Positions 41,680-51,347 of a stretch of 64,000 nucleotides of DNA are shown piece by piece; within the stretch, counting starts at the first letter, position 1; each line of letters begins with the position of its first letter. The DNA lies in the IMG/VR virus record IMGVR_UViG_3300038321_000417. One strand, written 5' to 3'. Source of the DNA: an uncultured virus (IMG/VR IMGVR_UViG_3300038321_000417). Taxonomy: Duplodnaviria; Heunggongvirae; Uroviricota; Caudoviricetes. Both the position numbers and the translations under genes were made by a program. The notes under the pieces were generated by a model. That model did no database searches, was not told the DNA's origin, and saw nothing but the letters and a program-made list of their open reading frames with translations.

Positions 41680-42816
41680 TTAAACAAAAAGGCTTACATT
41701 GTCTTGCGCAAATTTAGCCCATGCAGAACAAAGTGTGTTAAACTTAACATTCATCATTATTGAGGTAATAACACTCATTTTCATACAGCTTTTCAAGTCA
41801 TTGATACCCATTGATTTTGTTTCTAATTCCCTGATGTTCAATAACCAATTACAGAAATGCGCAAACTTTGTAATCAATGCCTCAGATGGTCTAAGTACAT
41901 CACCAATAAATTCTTTTTCAGCATCCGACACAAGTCTATTAATTCCTGATTGTATAGTTAAGTGCATTATCTCCGATTGTTTTATCTCAGGGTTTATCTT
42001 ACCTGCCAGCAAATCATCTATGTCAGGGATAGAATCTTTAAAGTTGCAAAACGCAAAAAATCTATTCGTTTCTTCAACCCCAATTGCTCCTGCAATTCTA
42101 TTGTACATCAAATCTTTAGATACTGTTCCGTTTTCACTTAGAAGTAGTGTATCCGATATTGTTTCCCAAGCTCTAGGCGATCTTGCAACGTCTTCTGCAT
42201 CCTCTGGAATGTCATGTAAACTATCTGGTGACCATGATACGTAAGCCAATACCATTGGATGCACACCATTTAGTCTTCCCCAATTTTTAAAGCTGTTTAC
42301 GTCAGATACAAGGTTATAACAAAATCCTCTATTTTTCAAAGGCATACTCAATGCGTTATATACCTCAACCATGTCTTCTTCATGATTACCACAAGCAACT
42401 ATATACCAGCCCTCAGGTAATGTGTAGTTCTCTAACTGCCCTTTTTCAATTAACTGATAAACAGCAAGTCTTGTTGCTCTTGATGCGCCTGTAATTTCAT
42501 CTAATAACAAGATGCCCTCTTTACCATGTTTTTGTTCATTCGGCAGTGTTCCAGTTGTTAGCCAATTTGCAGTAACTCCGTCTTTATCTGGTGTAGGTAT
42601 ACCTTTAAGATCTGTTTCAGTATAGTTGGATAAACGTAAGTCTATAAACCCAATACCCAGCTCTTTTGCTAAATTTGCTAATGCCACAGTCTTACCTATA
42701 CCAAATTGACCTATACCAAATATTGTACGTCTTTTCTTCATAGGTAATTTTAACTCTAATCCAACCATATCCACAAACTGTGAAATTGTTAACCCTAATA
42801 CATTTGTATGTGCCAT
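41680..42816 (-). CDS. MoxR-like AAA+ ATPase
   Basis: GQFGIGKT, DLKGIP, LLLDEI, ACGN, LKNR, SPRAWE. Confidence 0.88.
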   Translation of the reverse strand: MAHTNVLGLTISQFVDMVGLELKLPMKKRRTIFGIGQFGIGKTVALANLAKELGIGFIDLRLSNYTETDLKGIPTPDKDGVTANWLTTGTLPNEQKHGKEGILLLDEITGASRATRLAVYQLIEKGQLENYTLPEGWYIVACGNHEEDMVEVYNALSMPLKNRGFCYNLVSDVNSFKNWGRLNGVHPMVLAYVSWSPDSLHDIPEDAEDVARSPRAWETISDTLLLSENGTVSKDLMYNRIAGAIGVEETNRFFAFCNFKDSIPDIDDLLAGKINPEIKQSEIMHLTIQSGINRLVSDAEKEFIGDVLRPSEALITKFAHFCNWLLNIRELETKSMGINDLKSCMKMSVITSIMMNVKFNTLCSAWAKFAQDNVSLFV

Positions 42817-42891
42817 AACAATCTTCCTTTCTCATTTAAAAATTCAAACTCATGTCCATTAACATTTTTGTCAGACGTTTATCATCTGTTA

Positions 42892-44847
42892 CTACCTAAT
42901 AAATTTTGCTACCTTACCGAATGGCGGTTTAAACGCTTTCTCATTTCCTTGAATTACCCAAATTACGTTCTTACTGTAACGCCATTTCTTTATGTTTGTG
43001 TAAAAGTGCCCATCTGTAAATACGATTATTACATAAGGTTTGATTTTGCATTCCTTACTGTCGAAATATTTGAATACACAATTTACATCAGTGCCCCCAC
43101 CCCCTGCGGCTTTGATCTTAGCAAACTCCTTAATGTCGCTAAACATTCCTGTCTGTGCAACTTCTGTATCCCAATAAATAACTTCCGCATCCATCTTGTA
43201 TAATTTCAATAACTGGTTTAGTTGCTTGTAAAATACCCCTAAATCAGTATCTGCTATCGAACCAGACGTGTCAATGCAAACTTTTACCCTTTCTAGCATA
43301 CTAGGTTCGATCTTTGCTTCTCCAGGTAACATTAATCCACTGTGTAGATATCTCTTATCGGGGCTTGTAAGACTTAAATATCTTTCTGCCGTAGCTGTTA
43401 GATACCTTTTAACAAGCTTCTTCCAGTCAACGACAGGTGCTATTGAATCTTCTATTAGTCGCTCAATATTTCCAGCTTGACTTCCCGCTAATTTAGCATT
43501 TGTTAAGCAACCTCTTATCTTGTCTTTTATTTTTTTTACACGTTCTTTATCTTTTAATTTAGTCTTAGGATCAAATTTTGAACCCTTATTTGATTTTGAG
43601 GATTTGTTAGTGTTTTGATCCTTATCGTGTTTATCTTCTCCACTTTGGTTACAATCATTTTCATTATTCCCAATACCGTTTTCATCACTGTTACCGTTTT
43701 CGTCAGCTATTCCATTTTGTTCTTCGCCGTTTTCATCCCTGTTACCGTTTTCGTCAGCTATTCCATTTTGTTCTTCGCTCTGTCCACTTCCATTATCCTC
43801 TTCGTTCTCTTGCATATCCGGTTGTAAGTCATTCCCTAAACCACCTTGTTGGTCATTACTGTCAACGCTTTCTCCGTTAGGTAATTTTACTGAATTCCCA
43901 CCACCATTTTGTTGTTGCTTTTTAAGCTCTTTCATTAACTTTTCATACAATGTTTCTGCATTTTCAACAGAAGTGTCTATTGATTCATCTAGTAATAAAC
44001 CTTTTGGTATTTGTACATCTACTGTCCTGCCCCCTAATCCTGTTACTCTTGTTACATTTTTTCGGTCTAAATTAAATTCCTCAACAAGCATTTTGTTAAT
44101 TATTAAATCACAAGCAAGATTATATACTCTAAGATTTTTACCTTTCCCTCTTTCATTGTGCATCAACGATATATGAAGTAGTTCATGCATATTCACAAAC
44201 AGCAATTCTGGAAAAGTCAACTCTGCAACAAATTCAGGATTTATAAATAAAGTATCAATACTAACCGCCATTGTAGGCACGTCTTTTTCAACACGTTTTA
44301 GCCCTTGATATAATATACCGTAAAAAGGTCTTAGTTTACGCAACGTGATCATTGACTTCACAAGCTTCTGTTCAACTGTTAAGTCGCTATGCTTATCTTT
44401 TATCTTACTTGAACGCTCAAATGAGCTATTAGTAATACTTCCACCAACCTTTTCAGTATATATTTCCTCAAAGTTAATTGCCTGTGTTTGATTAGATTCT
44501 TCCTTAACTTCTTCTGTAGTCTGTTCAATAGGTTTATCATGCGTAGGCTCTATAACAAAATTAGCTTCTTTTGGTTTATTCTGTTTATTTGCATAGGATA
44601 CTGTCTTAGCTTTTACTTTTACGATACCCTCTGGAAATGTACCAAGTTTAGCTCTTAAATGCTCCTTTCCATTTTCTTGTACAACAACTATCGCATTAAG
44701 TATAGTCTTGTTTTTTGTCAATTCTATGCACTTTTTAACAGGTAAATACATTACCTTATACTCTCTTGCCGTTTTATTAACACGTACTTGATACCCTAAA
44801 ACTGCTCCAGATTCTGTACGAACCCGCTTTAATATGTTTGCCCACAT
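42892..44847 (-). CDS. Zincin-like metallopeptidase + VWA domain protein (DUF2201-type) with an extra N-terminal domain
   Basis: PFYG, MHELLH (HEXXH), NLACDLIIN, acidic linker, MIDAS IDTSGS, GGGGT, FTDG. Confidence 0.88.
   Translation of the reverse strand: MWANILKRVRTESGAVLGYQVRVNKTAREYKVMYLPVKKCIELTKNKTILNAIVVVQENGKEHLRAKLGTFPEGIVKVKAKTVSYANKQNKPKEANFVIEPTHDKPIEQTTEEVKEESNQTQAINFEEIYTEKVGGSITNSSFERSSKIKDKHSDLTVEQKLVKSMITLRKLRPFYGILYQGLKRVEKDVPTMAVSIDTLFINPEFVAELTFPELLFVNMHELLHISLMHNERGKGKNLRVYNLACDLIINKMLVEEFNLDRKNVTRVTGLGGRTVDVQIPKGLLLDESIDTSVENAETLYEKLMKELKKQQQNGGGNSVKLPNGESVDSNDQQGGLGNDLQPDMQENEEDNGSGQSEEQNGIADENGNRDENGEEQNGIADENGNSDENGIGNNENDCNQSGEDKHDKDQNTNKSSKSNKGSKFDPKTKLKDKERVKKIKDKIRGCLTNAKLAGSQAGNIERLIEDSIAPVVDWKKLVKRYLTATAERYLSLTSPDKRYLHSGLMLPGEAKIEPSMLERVKVCIDTSGSIADTDLGVFYKQLNQLLKLYKMDAEVIYWDTEVAQTGMFSDIKEFAKIKAAGGGGTDVNCVFKYFDSKECKIKPYVIIVFTDGHFYTNIKKWRYSKNVIWVIQGNEKAFKPPFGKVAKFIR
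43676..43778. repeat. 51-bp tandem duplication in the linker of the VWA gene
   Basis: Two near-identical copies encoding EEQNGIADENGN(R/S)DENG. Confidence 0.85.
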
Positions 44848-44897
44848 GAATTTTCAACTCCTTTATCTACTTTAAAATAGAGTCCTAAAATATGTAA

Positions 44898-44932
44898 TAG
44901 GCTCACACCCTAACCCTTTATGTGTGAGCCTA
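44898..44932 (-). terminator. Hairpin/terminator after the DNA polymerase gene
   Basis: TAGGCTCACAC...GTGTGAGCCTA inverted repeat; weak U-tract. Confidence 0.55.
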
Positions 44933-44947
44933 CACTTAAATATTTTG

Positions 44948-47900
44948 TCAAGCCATAATACTCTCTAATGTCCTGTTCTTTAATACATAATCCATTAATT
45001 TTCGACTGTACTGATACCCAATCGCAAATTCTTTTATTTCCTTATACTTGTCCTGTGTCATGTAAACTAATTTAACAAGGTAATCCTCGTCCTCGTCTCT
45101 ATGTTTTATGATGAATCGCTTGATTGCTTCAATCTTTCCTATGTCTAATCCTGCTAAATTTAGTATAAGCTGTTCACTATCTGCATAATACCCCATAGTC
45201 AATAAATAATCGTCACCCGTGATTCCACCAATGTGTATATCCTCTAAAAGCATAATTTCTTTATCCTTAATCGCTTCTTCCTTAACTTCCTCTTTAATTA
45301 ACTCTGGATCAATAATTTTTATTGATGTAGGCTCAATGTCAGACATATACACTGTTATAAAACTCTCCAGTAAACCCTCTAAGCCCTCTTTTGTAGGTTT
45401 GTTTAATGTAAGTGCAGACTTCAATTGTAACGATGATTTGTCAACATTTGCGCCATCTATGAGTAGATCGCCGACATAATACCCTTTGTTTGTGTCTTGT
45501 AACATTGCATAAGCATAAGGTCTGATTACCTTATCCATATTATCTGGATTCATCATGTAATCTGTTAAGTACCTTATCTTATATGCTTTTATTTCCCTAC
45601 CCATTAGTTCAACTACATCCCCCGAGGTATAATGCTCACTTTCAGACCAATATATAGAGTCCGCTTTACTATATAATTGATGTCCTGCCTGTGTGTTAAG
45701 CTCAGATAAATCACTCTTAGCCTCATACCATGAATGCCCAAATCCAACACCGCAAAATATAGGACAAAATCCCTTATAGTCGTATTCCATACATTCTCTT
45801 ACTAACCATTGAATAAAGTAAGGATTTATGTCGTTTCTTACTTCTAAGAGTATCTCGTCATGTACGAACGCTAGCATTTTTACTTTATCCCACAGGTCAT
45901 ACTTTTTAATATGGTACATCATTCTGATACAATTAAGCTTGAATATGTCTGCTGCTGTATTGTGAGTCACTATACCATCTGCTACATAATACCCGTCATC
46001 TGTGTTACACACATCATACATATCTATATACTCGTCTGTAATTTCTACAGTTTCAGGAATGAGTACTCTTCCAAATATATGTTCATCCTTAACACACTTT
46101 AACTCCCTGCCCCTTTGATTCTTAGTAGTGTTAACAAAACCAATAACATCTAAAAATTTTTGAGTATCATATGCACTTATTACAATCTTGCTCCTATCAG
46201 GATACCTGTAATACCTGCTACGTACACCAAAAAACAACAATGCTTTCTGCACGTCTCTACATATAATTTCAAAATCTAAATTATTTCCAAATGTCAATGT
46301 TATCGTTTTCCCGCTAATTCCACCATCCCCATCGAATAACCCTCTAAGAAATCCTCTAAGCAACTCTGTGTCCATAAATATCTTGCCATGTATACCCCGT
46401 TTTATGTCCAGATCCCTTATTTCATTTACAAGTGACTTGCTATAAACATAGATTCTATTTACTTTTTCAGCTCTATCTTTCCTAACGGCAATATCTGTGT
46501 ATGTTGCACTAAGCGGTTTCATGTAGTCTAACAACGTCTCGCCCACACCCAACTCATGCTCTGCTATACACTGGAGTATGTAACATCCACCATCCTCACG
46601 ATTTACAATACTACCGTCAGACGCTAATCTACCTAGAACCACACCAGCTTCAAAGCTATCTGACATTGAATCTACAAAAACATTATTACTGTTATTTGCA
46701 TACGAAAAATGGTCATCACGTGCCCTTGCACTCGAATAAATAAAATCCGATGGCTCATATGCATTATTTACAACAACTCTATGTGGATTGGTAGAATGCT
46801 CCTTAGTGAGTAAATTCCTGCACTCAACAAACCTTTCATCCCCCCTGTGACTTCTAACAAGAAATTTGTGTGACGGACTACAGATAAATTTTTGTCCGGT
46901 ATTAAATGTAACCACACATTTTCGTTTTTTACCCGAATAAAGTATATCGCCGTAAGACCAAATGTTCCCAGTCCAGATAAGCATATGCTTATTTACCACA
47001 TCTTTTATGCGAACAATACCCAACTCTTTCGTTTGTATCCGTGTATCTCCATCCAAGCACCCCTGTATAACTGCATTACCAGCTTGCTTTCTAATAGAGT
47101 TAACTGAGTACTTTATAAAGTCATAATACCGTCTCCGCTTAAATGCTGTTGTCGTGTATCCGTTTTGAACAGCCCTGTCTCTTGTGTCCTCAAAAAAGTG
47201 CAATACTTTTTCTTGTCCTTCAAAATATACCTTACGAAGTCCTGCTGCTTTCATTTTGGTCTCATTATTACGTTTACCAAATATGTTATATCCAAGTGTA
47301 CTATCGCCCATTCCAAAAGGTAACCCAAAATTAATCGCTTTTGCCTGTTTACGTAATGATTTTTGTACTAATTCATAAGGTATTTTAAACATTCTTGATG
47401 TTTGATAAGTATGATAGTCTTTTTCAAAGTCTTTAAACATTTCTAACAATGCTTCTTGTTTTGATAATGTCGCCGTTACCCTATACTCTATCTGCGATAA
47501 GTCTGAGTCTACTAAATAATACCCCTTTCTTGCTTTTATGTATTTGCGTACCCAGTCATTAGCTTGCTGATAGTTAGGTTTAGATGCTGATGTTCTTCCT
47601 GTCCTCGCTCCCATACTCATTGTAGACGGGTATATATTCCCGTATTTATCCATTTGTTCAGGTAGAGGCTTAATAAATAACTTTATCATTTGTGATATTG
47701 TCCTGTATTCTTTAATTGCAAGTATGAAATCATCTTCATATAGCTGCTTTAATACCTCTTTTTTTGTACTTGTAACTTCATGTCCCTTTGATTGCAATAC
47801 TTCAAGTAATTGAGCAGGAGAATCCATGTTAAACGTCTTTCCCGCACCCAAGTATATTATATCTAACAGCCTGTCCTTTTCTTCTAAAAGCTCTGCATTA

Positions 47901-49459
47901 AGCTTGTCTACTTCATCTGGTGGCATGCAATACCCCCAAAACTCTTGATACCCTATGCACTTTGCGAAGCCAATCTCTATAGCGTAAGTTATCGTTTGAT
48001 TTGTCTCCTCTAGTTCTTTATTAAGTACAGCCAATATTTCATCTAAGTTATCAACGTCAGCAGGAGCATATGCCAACACATAGTCCTCAGGTAAGTTTCT
48101 AAATGTAAAAGGCATTTTACTCCAATCTCCAACAGGTGAAAAATCCTTTAAATCAAGTACTTTTCTTCCTGTTATTGTATATGTCAGTTCTTTTAAACCA
48201 TAGTCAGGATATTTGTGAATTAACAACTGTGCTGCTAACTGTGAATCTTCACAAAAATTACTGTCTATCCCATAAATATATCCCACTTTCCAGTCAAAAC
48301 TTACGTTAGCGTTTGCAAGTTCCTTTTCTTCCAGTATAGGCTTTAAATACCCCATCATTATCCAATCATTTACTTCTGTTAAATCATCATCCTCTATTGC
48401 CTGTTTAAGTTCATCTTTTTTGTCAGTGTCATAATGAAAACCGTCTATGTCTGAAAGTATTTTTTCCTTTTCTGAATCTGTAAGTTCTGTAAATATGTTT
48501 TCCATATCAGTGTGATAAACAGGAATATAATAGTTTACATCCTTATACTTTGAATCTAAAAGATGATCTGTTTTCATTAATTTGTTAACCGATATTGCTA
48601 AACCCACCATCCTATCAGCTTCACGTGTCCTCGATTTAGAGTTTATTTTCAAGCCTGTTGTTTCATAGTCAGCCTTTATCACTCTCTTTGTCTCTTTTAA
48701 ATATTGCAGGTATTCAAAAAAATCAGAAACCTTGTTAAGTTTCCAATACTTCTTGTCTTTTATATACCCCATATCCTTTTTTTCTAATAAATACTGTAGG
48801 TCAACTAATAACGATCTTACAGAGTCATACCCTATTTCTACTCTCTCTTTAAAGTTTGCCGCTGTAATATTCGTGCTAAACGGATTTGCTATTTGAAGTG
48901 TTTTATACTTTATTGATGTTAAGTATTCAGTATACTCAGGTATGTTGTAAAACTCTATCTCAACCTTTATTTTCCCACTTGAAAAGCTTAAATTCCCACT
49001 TATAATATCTTGTTTTATAGAGGTAAATTTACCCTGTATATCTGTGTAAGTAAAATCCTTTTCGCTTATGATACCCTTTAAATTAAACTCATAAGTATCC
49101 TCTGTCTTTGTCTTGTAAACTATATACTCTGTCTGGTATTGAGCATAGCAAGCCGTTTTTATCGCAAGCCCAATAAAATGGAATATTCCTTTTCTGTTAC
49201 CAACATACTGTAAGGTTCTGGCTTTCTTTCTAATCAAAAATCCACAAGGTTGGTTTTCGTGCATGAAAAGCTCATTAAATAAAAAGTCAATTCCCTCTTT
49301 ACATGCTTTATTAAATACTTTTTCATTATTAAGTATCCACAGTAAGGAATAGTCAGTATTACCTGTGGGTTCACCATCTAATCTTAATGTGCCCGCTTGA
49401 TCGCAACCTTTTAATTTAAGCTTATATTTATCATTAAGTGTAAGAACCCCTGTTAACAA
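44948..49459 (-). CDS. polA: Family A DNA polymerase (3'-5' exonuclease + polymerase) containing an intein
   Basis: DYETTG, ANVSFD, YAPAD (exonuclease); RTGRTS, DLSQIEYR (motif A), RKQAKAINFGLPFG (B), VHDE (C). Confidence 0.93.
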   Translation of the reverse strand: MLTGVLTLNDKYKLKLKGCDQAGTLRLDGEPTGNTDYSLLWILNNEKVFNKACKEGIDFLFNELFMHENQPCGFLIRKKARTLQYVGNRKGIFHFIGLAIKTACYAQYQTEYIVYKTKTEDTYEFNLKGIISEKDFTYTDIQGKFTSIKQDIISGNLSFSSGKIKVEIEFYNIPEYTEYLTSIKYKTLQIANPFSTNITAANFKERVEIGYDSVRSLLVDLQYLLEKKDMGYIKDKKYWKLNKVSDFFEYLQYLKETKRVIKADYETTGLKINSKSRTREADRMVGLAISVNKLMKTDHLLDSKYKDVNYYIPVYHTDMENIFTELTDSEKEKILSDIDGFHYDTDKKDELKQAIEDDDLTEVNDWIMMGYLKPILEEKELANANVSFDWKVGYIYGIDSNFCEDSQLAAQLLIHKYPDYGLKELTYTITGRKVLDLKDFSPVGDWSKMPFTFRNLPEDYVLAYAPADVDNLDEILAVLNKELEETNQTITYAIEIGFAKCIGYQEFWGYCMPPDEVDKLNAELLEEKDRLLDIIYLGAGKTFNMDSPAQLLEVLQSKGHEVTSTKKEVLKQLYEDDFILAIKEYRTISQMIKLFIKPLPEQMDKYGNIYPSTMSMGARTGRTSASKPNYQQANDWVRKYIKARKGYYLVDSDLSQIEYRVTATLSKQEALLEMFKDFEKDYHTYQTSRMFKIPYELVQKSLRKQAKAINFGLPFGMGDSTLGYNIFGKRNNETKMKAAGLRKVYFEGQEKVLHFFEDTRDRAVQNGYTTTAFKRRRYYDFIKYSVNSIRKQAGNAVIQGCLDGDTRIQTKELGIVRIKDVVNKHMLIWTGNIWSYGDILYSGKKRKCVVTFNTGQKFICSPSHKFLVRSHRGDERFVECRNLLTKEHSTNPHRVVVNNAYEPSDFIYSSARARDDHFSYANNSNNVFVDSMSDSFEAGVVLGRLASDGSIVNREDGGCYILQCIAEHELGVGETLLDYMKPLSATYTDIAVRKDRAEKVNRIYVYSKSLVNEIRDLDIKRGIHGKIFMDTELLRGFLRGLFDGDGGISGKTITLTFGNNLDFEIICRDVQKALLFFGVRSRYYRYPDRSKIVISAYDTQKFLDVIGFVNTTKNQRGRELKCVKDEHIFGRVLIPETVEITDEYIDMYDVCNTDDGYYVADGIVTHNTAADIFKLNCIRMMYHIKKYDLWDKVKMLAFVHDEILLEVRNDINPYFIQWLVRECMEYDYKGFCPIFCGVGFGHSWYEAKSDLSELNTQAGHQLYSKADSIYWSESEHYTSGDVVELMGREIKAYKIRYLTDYMMNPDNMDKVIRPYAYAMLQDTNKGYYVGDLLIDGANVDKSSLQLKSALTLNKPTKEGLEGLLESFITVYMSDIEPTSIKIIDPELIKEEVKEEAIKDKEIMLLEDIHIGGITGDDYLLTMGYYADSEQLILNLAGLDIGKIEAIKRFIIKHRDEDEDYLVKLVYMTQDKYKEIKEFAIGYQYSRKLMDYVLKNRTLESIMA
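45959..47059 (-). mobile_element. Intein (367 aa) with LAGLIDADG homing endonuclease
   Basis: NAVIQG|CLDGDT ... SPSHKF ... LGRLASDG, LRGLFDGDG ... MYDV..YYVADGIVTHN|TAAD; removing it restores IQGTAAD. Confidence 0.93.
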
Positions 49460-49948
49460 CTATTCATCCCCCTTAAATATATCAATAACGTTCACGTATT
49501 CCTCTTCATTGATTTCTTCTAAGAAGTTATCGGTAACATAACAGTCGTTAGCATATTTTTGTGCGAAACATGAGGTGTCGGAAGTAATTCCAAGTGAGCC
49601 TACTTCTAAGTCTTTCATTTGACTTATAATACGCTTGAATTGATCGTTGTACCTTAGAGGACAACCAGACTTTTTAAACCATGAAACAAAAGCGTCATTA
49701 TTACTTACAAAGACAAGTTTGTAACACTCTTTAAAGTCCTGCGGATTTCTCTTTATCATACTAAGTGCATATTCCAAGTTATCCAATAAAAGATCATATT
49801 GATTTTTTGCCTTTTTAATTCTGTTCTTTGACACAAATACATATTCTGGCGGTGTGCCTATTTCGGTGTACACTACAACAGGATAGTAAGTAATGTTCTT
49901 ATTTTTATTATTTTTTGGATTAATGTGAACCCAGTATGTATTACTCAT
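49460..49948 (-). CDS. Hypothetical protein, possibly a degenerate RNase H fold
   Basis: Abuts the polymerase start; secondary-structure pattern only loosely RNase HI-like. Confidence 0.5.
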   Translation of the reverse strand: MSNTYWVHINPKNNKNKNITYYPVVVYTEIGTPPEYVFVSKNRIKKAKNQYDLLLDNLEYALSMIKRNPQDFKECYKLVFVSNNDAFVSWFKKSGCPLRYNDQFKRIISQMKDLEVGSLGITSDTSCFAQKYANDCYVTDNFLEEINEEEYVNVIDIFKGDE

Positions 49949-49980
49949 TATGTTTACCCCTTTCAGATTGCGGATAATTA

Positions 49981-50013
49981 AAAAAGTTAGACTAAGTAAT
50001 AATCTAACTTTTA
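49981..50013 (-). terminator. Intrinsic terminator
   Basis: AAAAAGTTAGA...TCTAACTTTTT hairpin. Confidence 0.6.
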
Positions 50014-50044
50014 TTATTGCTATAACCCTATATACAATTTGTAC

Positions 50045-50563
50045 TTAACCAACTTTTTGTCTGGATTTGTCTACGACGTTTTGCATAATTGCGACTACCT
50101 CTTTTATGCTTTTACCCGATTCTTTTATAAAATAATACAAATCTTTCCCTTGCCTGTCTACGATTTTACGCCTTTTTGTAACCTTTATATCTCCTTTTAA
50201 TGCCCCTAGGATATAATCAAAAACAGGTCGATCTTCTACTAAAAGTCTCTCACACTCCGATTTTAAAGACAATTCAGAATCCTTAATGTCAAACTCCGGC
50301 TCAACGTAAGAGTCTGAGTACTCTTCGACGAATTCTTCCTTATCTCTCATGCCATCATAAATGTTATAGCAAGCATGTTTTACACAAACATTTATATAGT
50401 GTTTGAAACTGCTCTTATCAGGATCAAAAGGAGAAGATATAAGTAGCTCAATTGTTCTACCTAATACATCTTCTTGATTAACTCCATACTGCCGATGTAC
50501 TATGCTTACAACTTTTTGTATTTGCGGCATATGTTTGCTTACTAACGCCATTGTCTTATACAA
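50045..50563 (-). CDS. Sigma-factor-like protein (region 2-like)
   Basis: QEDVL...FDPDKSSFKHYINVCVKHACYN resembles sigma70 regions 2.2-2.4. Confidence 0.5.
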   Translation of the reverse strand: MYKTMALVSKHMPQIQKVVSIVHRQYGVNQEDVLGRTIELLISSPFDPDKSSFKHYINVCVKHACYNIYDGMRDKEEFVEEYSDSYVEPEFDIKDSELSLKSECERLLVEDRPVFDYILGALKGDIKVTKRRKIVDRQGKDLYYFIKESGKSIKEVVAIMQNVVDKSRQKVG

Positions 50564-50593
50564 CTTATATCACTCCCCTCTATTCTTTAATTG

Positions 50594-51181
50594 TTACGCT
50601 CTTGCCTTTACGTAAGAAAAAGCGTTTTCATATCCCAAAAATTCTTTTAATAATTCACTAAAGTCAGGTAACGTGCATAGAGTTCTAATCTTAATCATAG
50701 TCCCCTCTACGGGTGCGCCTTTAACATTTGTTTCACAAGCCAACAATGCGTCAACCAATTCACTTTCGGCATAACCGTATTCATCTAACTTATTTATCAT
50801 TTTTTCATAAGTCTGCTGTACAGATATTTTGTCCTCAATCACAGCGTAACCCTTTTCTTCTACGCTGATTGCTAAGTCACTTATTGTTCCAAATGAAGTT
50901 TCTTCTGAATCTTCCCCTGACTTGTCTACGATATTAACTTCTTTTTTGATTGACTTACCTTTTCCGATTTGTTTTTGTTGCCTGTAAGAATTTTCGATTT
51001 TTCTGTTAAGATGTAAAAATGCTGTTACTGAAAAATTTTCGTCTGTTCCCTCAAATATGCGGTCGATTGTTTTGTTTGATGCGTTAGCGATTACCTCTGC
51101 TTGCCCTTGAGTGGTAACCCTAATACTTTTTAGTTCCTGTGCAAGTTCTGCCATTTGTAATAATTGTCTGTCTGTACTCAT
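50594..51181 (-). CDS. Hypothetical protein (195 aa)
   Basis: SD GAGG; first gene after a sigmaA-like promoter. Confidence 0.65.
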   Translation of the reverse strand: MSTDRQLLQMAELAQELKSIRVTTQGQAEVIANASNKTIDRIFEGTDENFSVTAFLHLNRKIENSYRQQKQIGKGKSIKKEVNIVDKSGEDSEETSFGTISDLAISVEEKGYAVIEDKISVQQTYEKMINKLDEYGYAESELVDALLACETNVKGAPVEGTMIKIRTLCTLPDFSELLKEFLGYENAFSYVKARA

Positions 51182-51243
51182 GTTTACCTCGCTTTCCGAG
51201 CCGGATTTTTTTAAAAAAATCTGACAAATTTTTCATTACCAAT

Positions 51244-51272
51244 AGCTTATCATATTTTTTTAAAAAATGCAA
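51244..51272 (-). promoter_or_regulatory. sigmaA-like promoter embedded in T/A-tract palindromes
   Basis: Minus strand reads TTGCAT-17 nt-TAAGCT with an extended -10 TG. Confidence 0.5.
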
Positions 51273-51347
51273 TAGATTTTTTAAAACTTTTTAAAATCCC
51301 AATTAATTACTTTTTAAGCTTACATTTTTTCCAAATTATATAATTTT

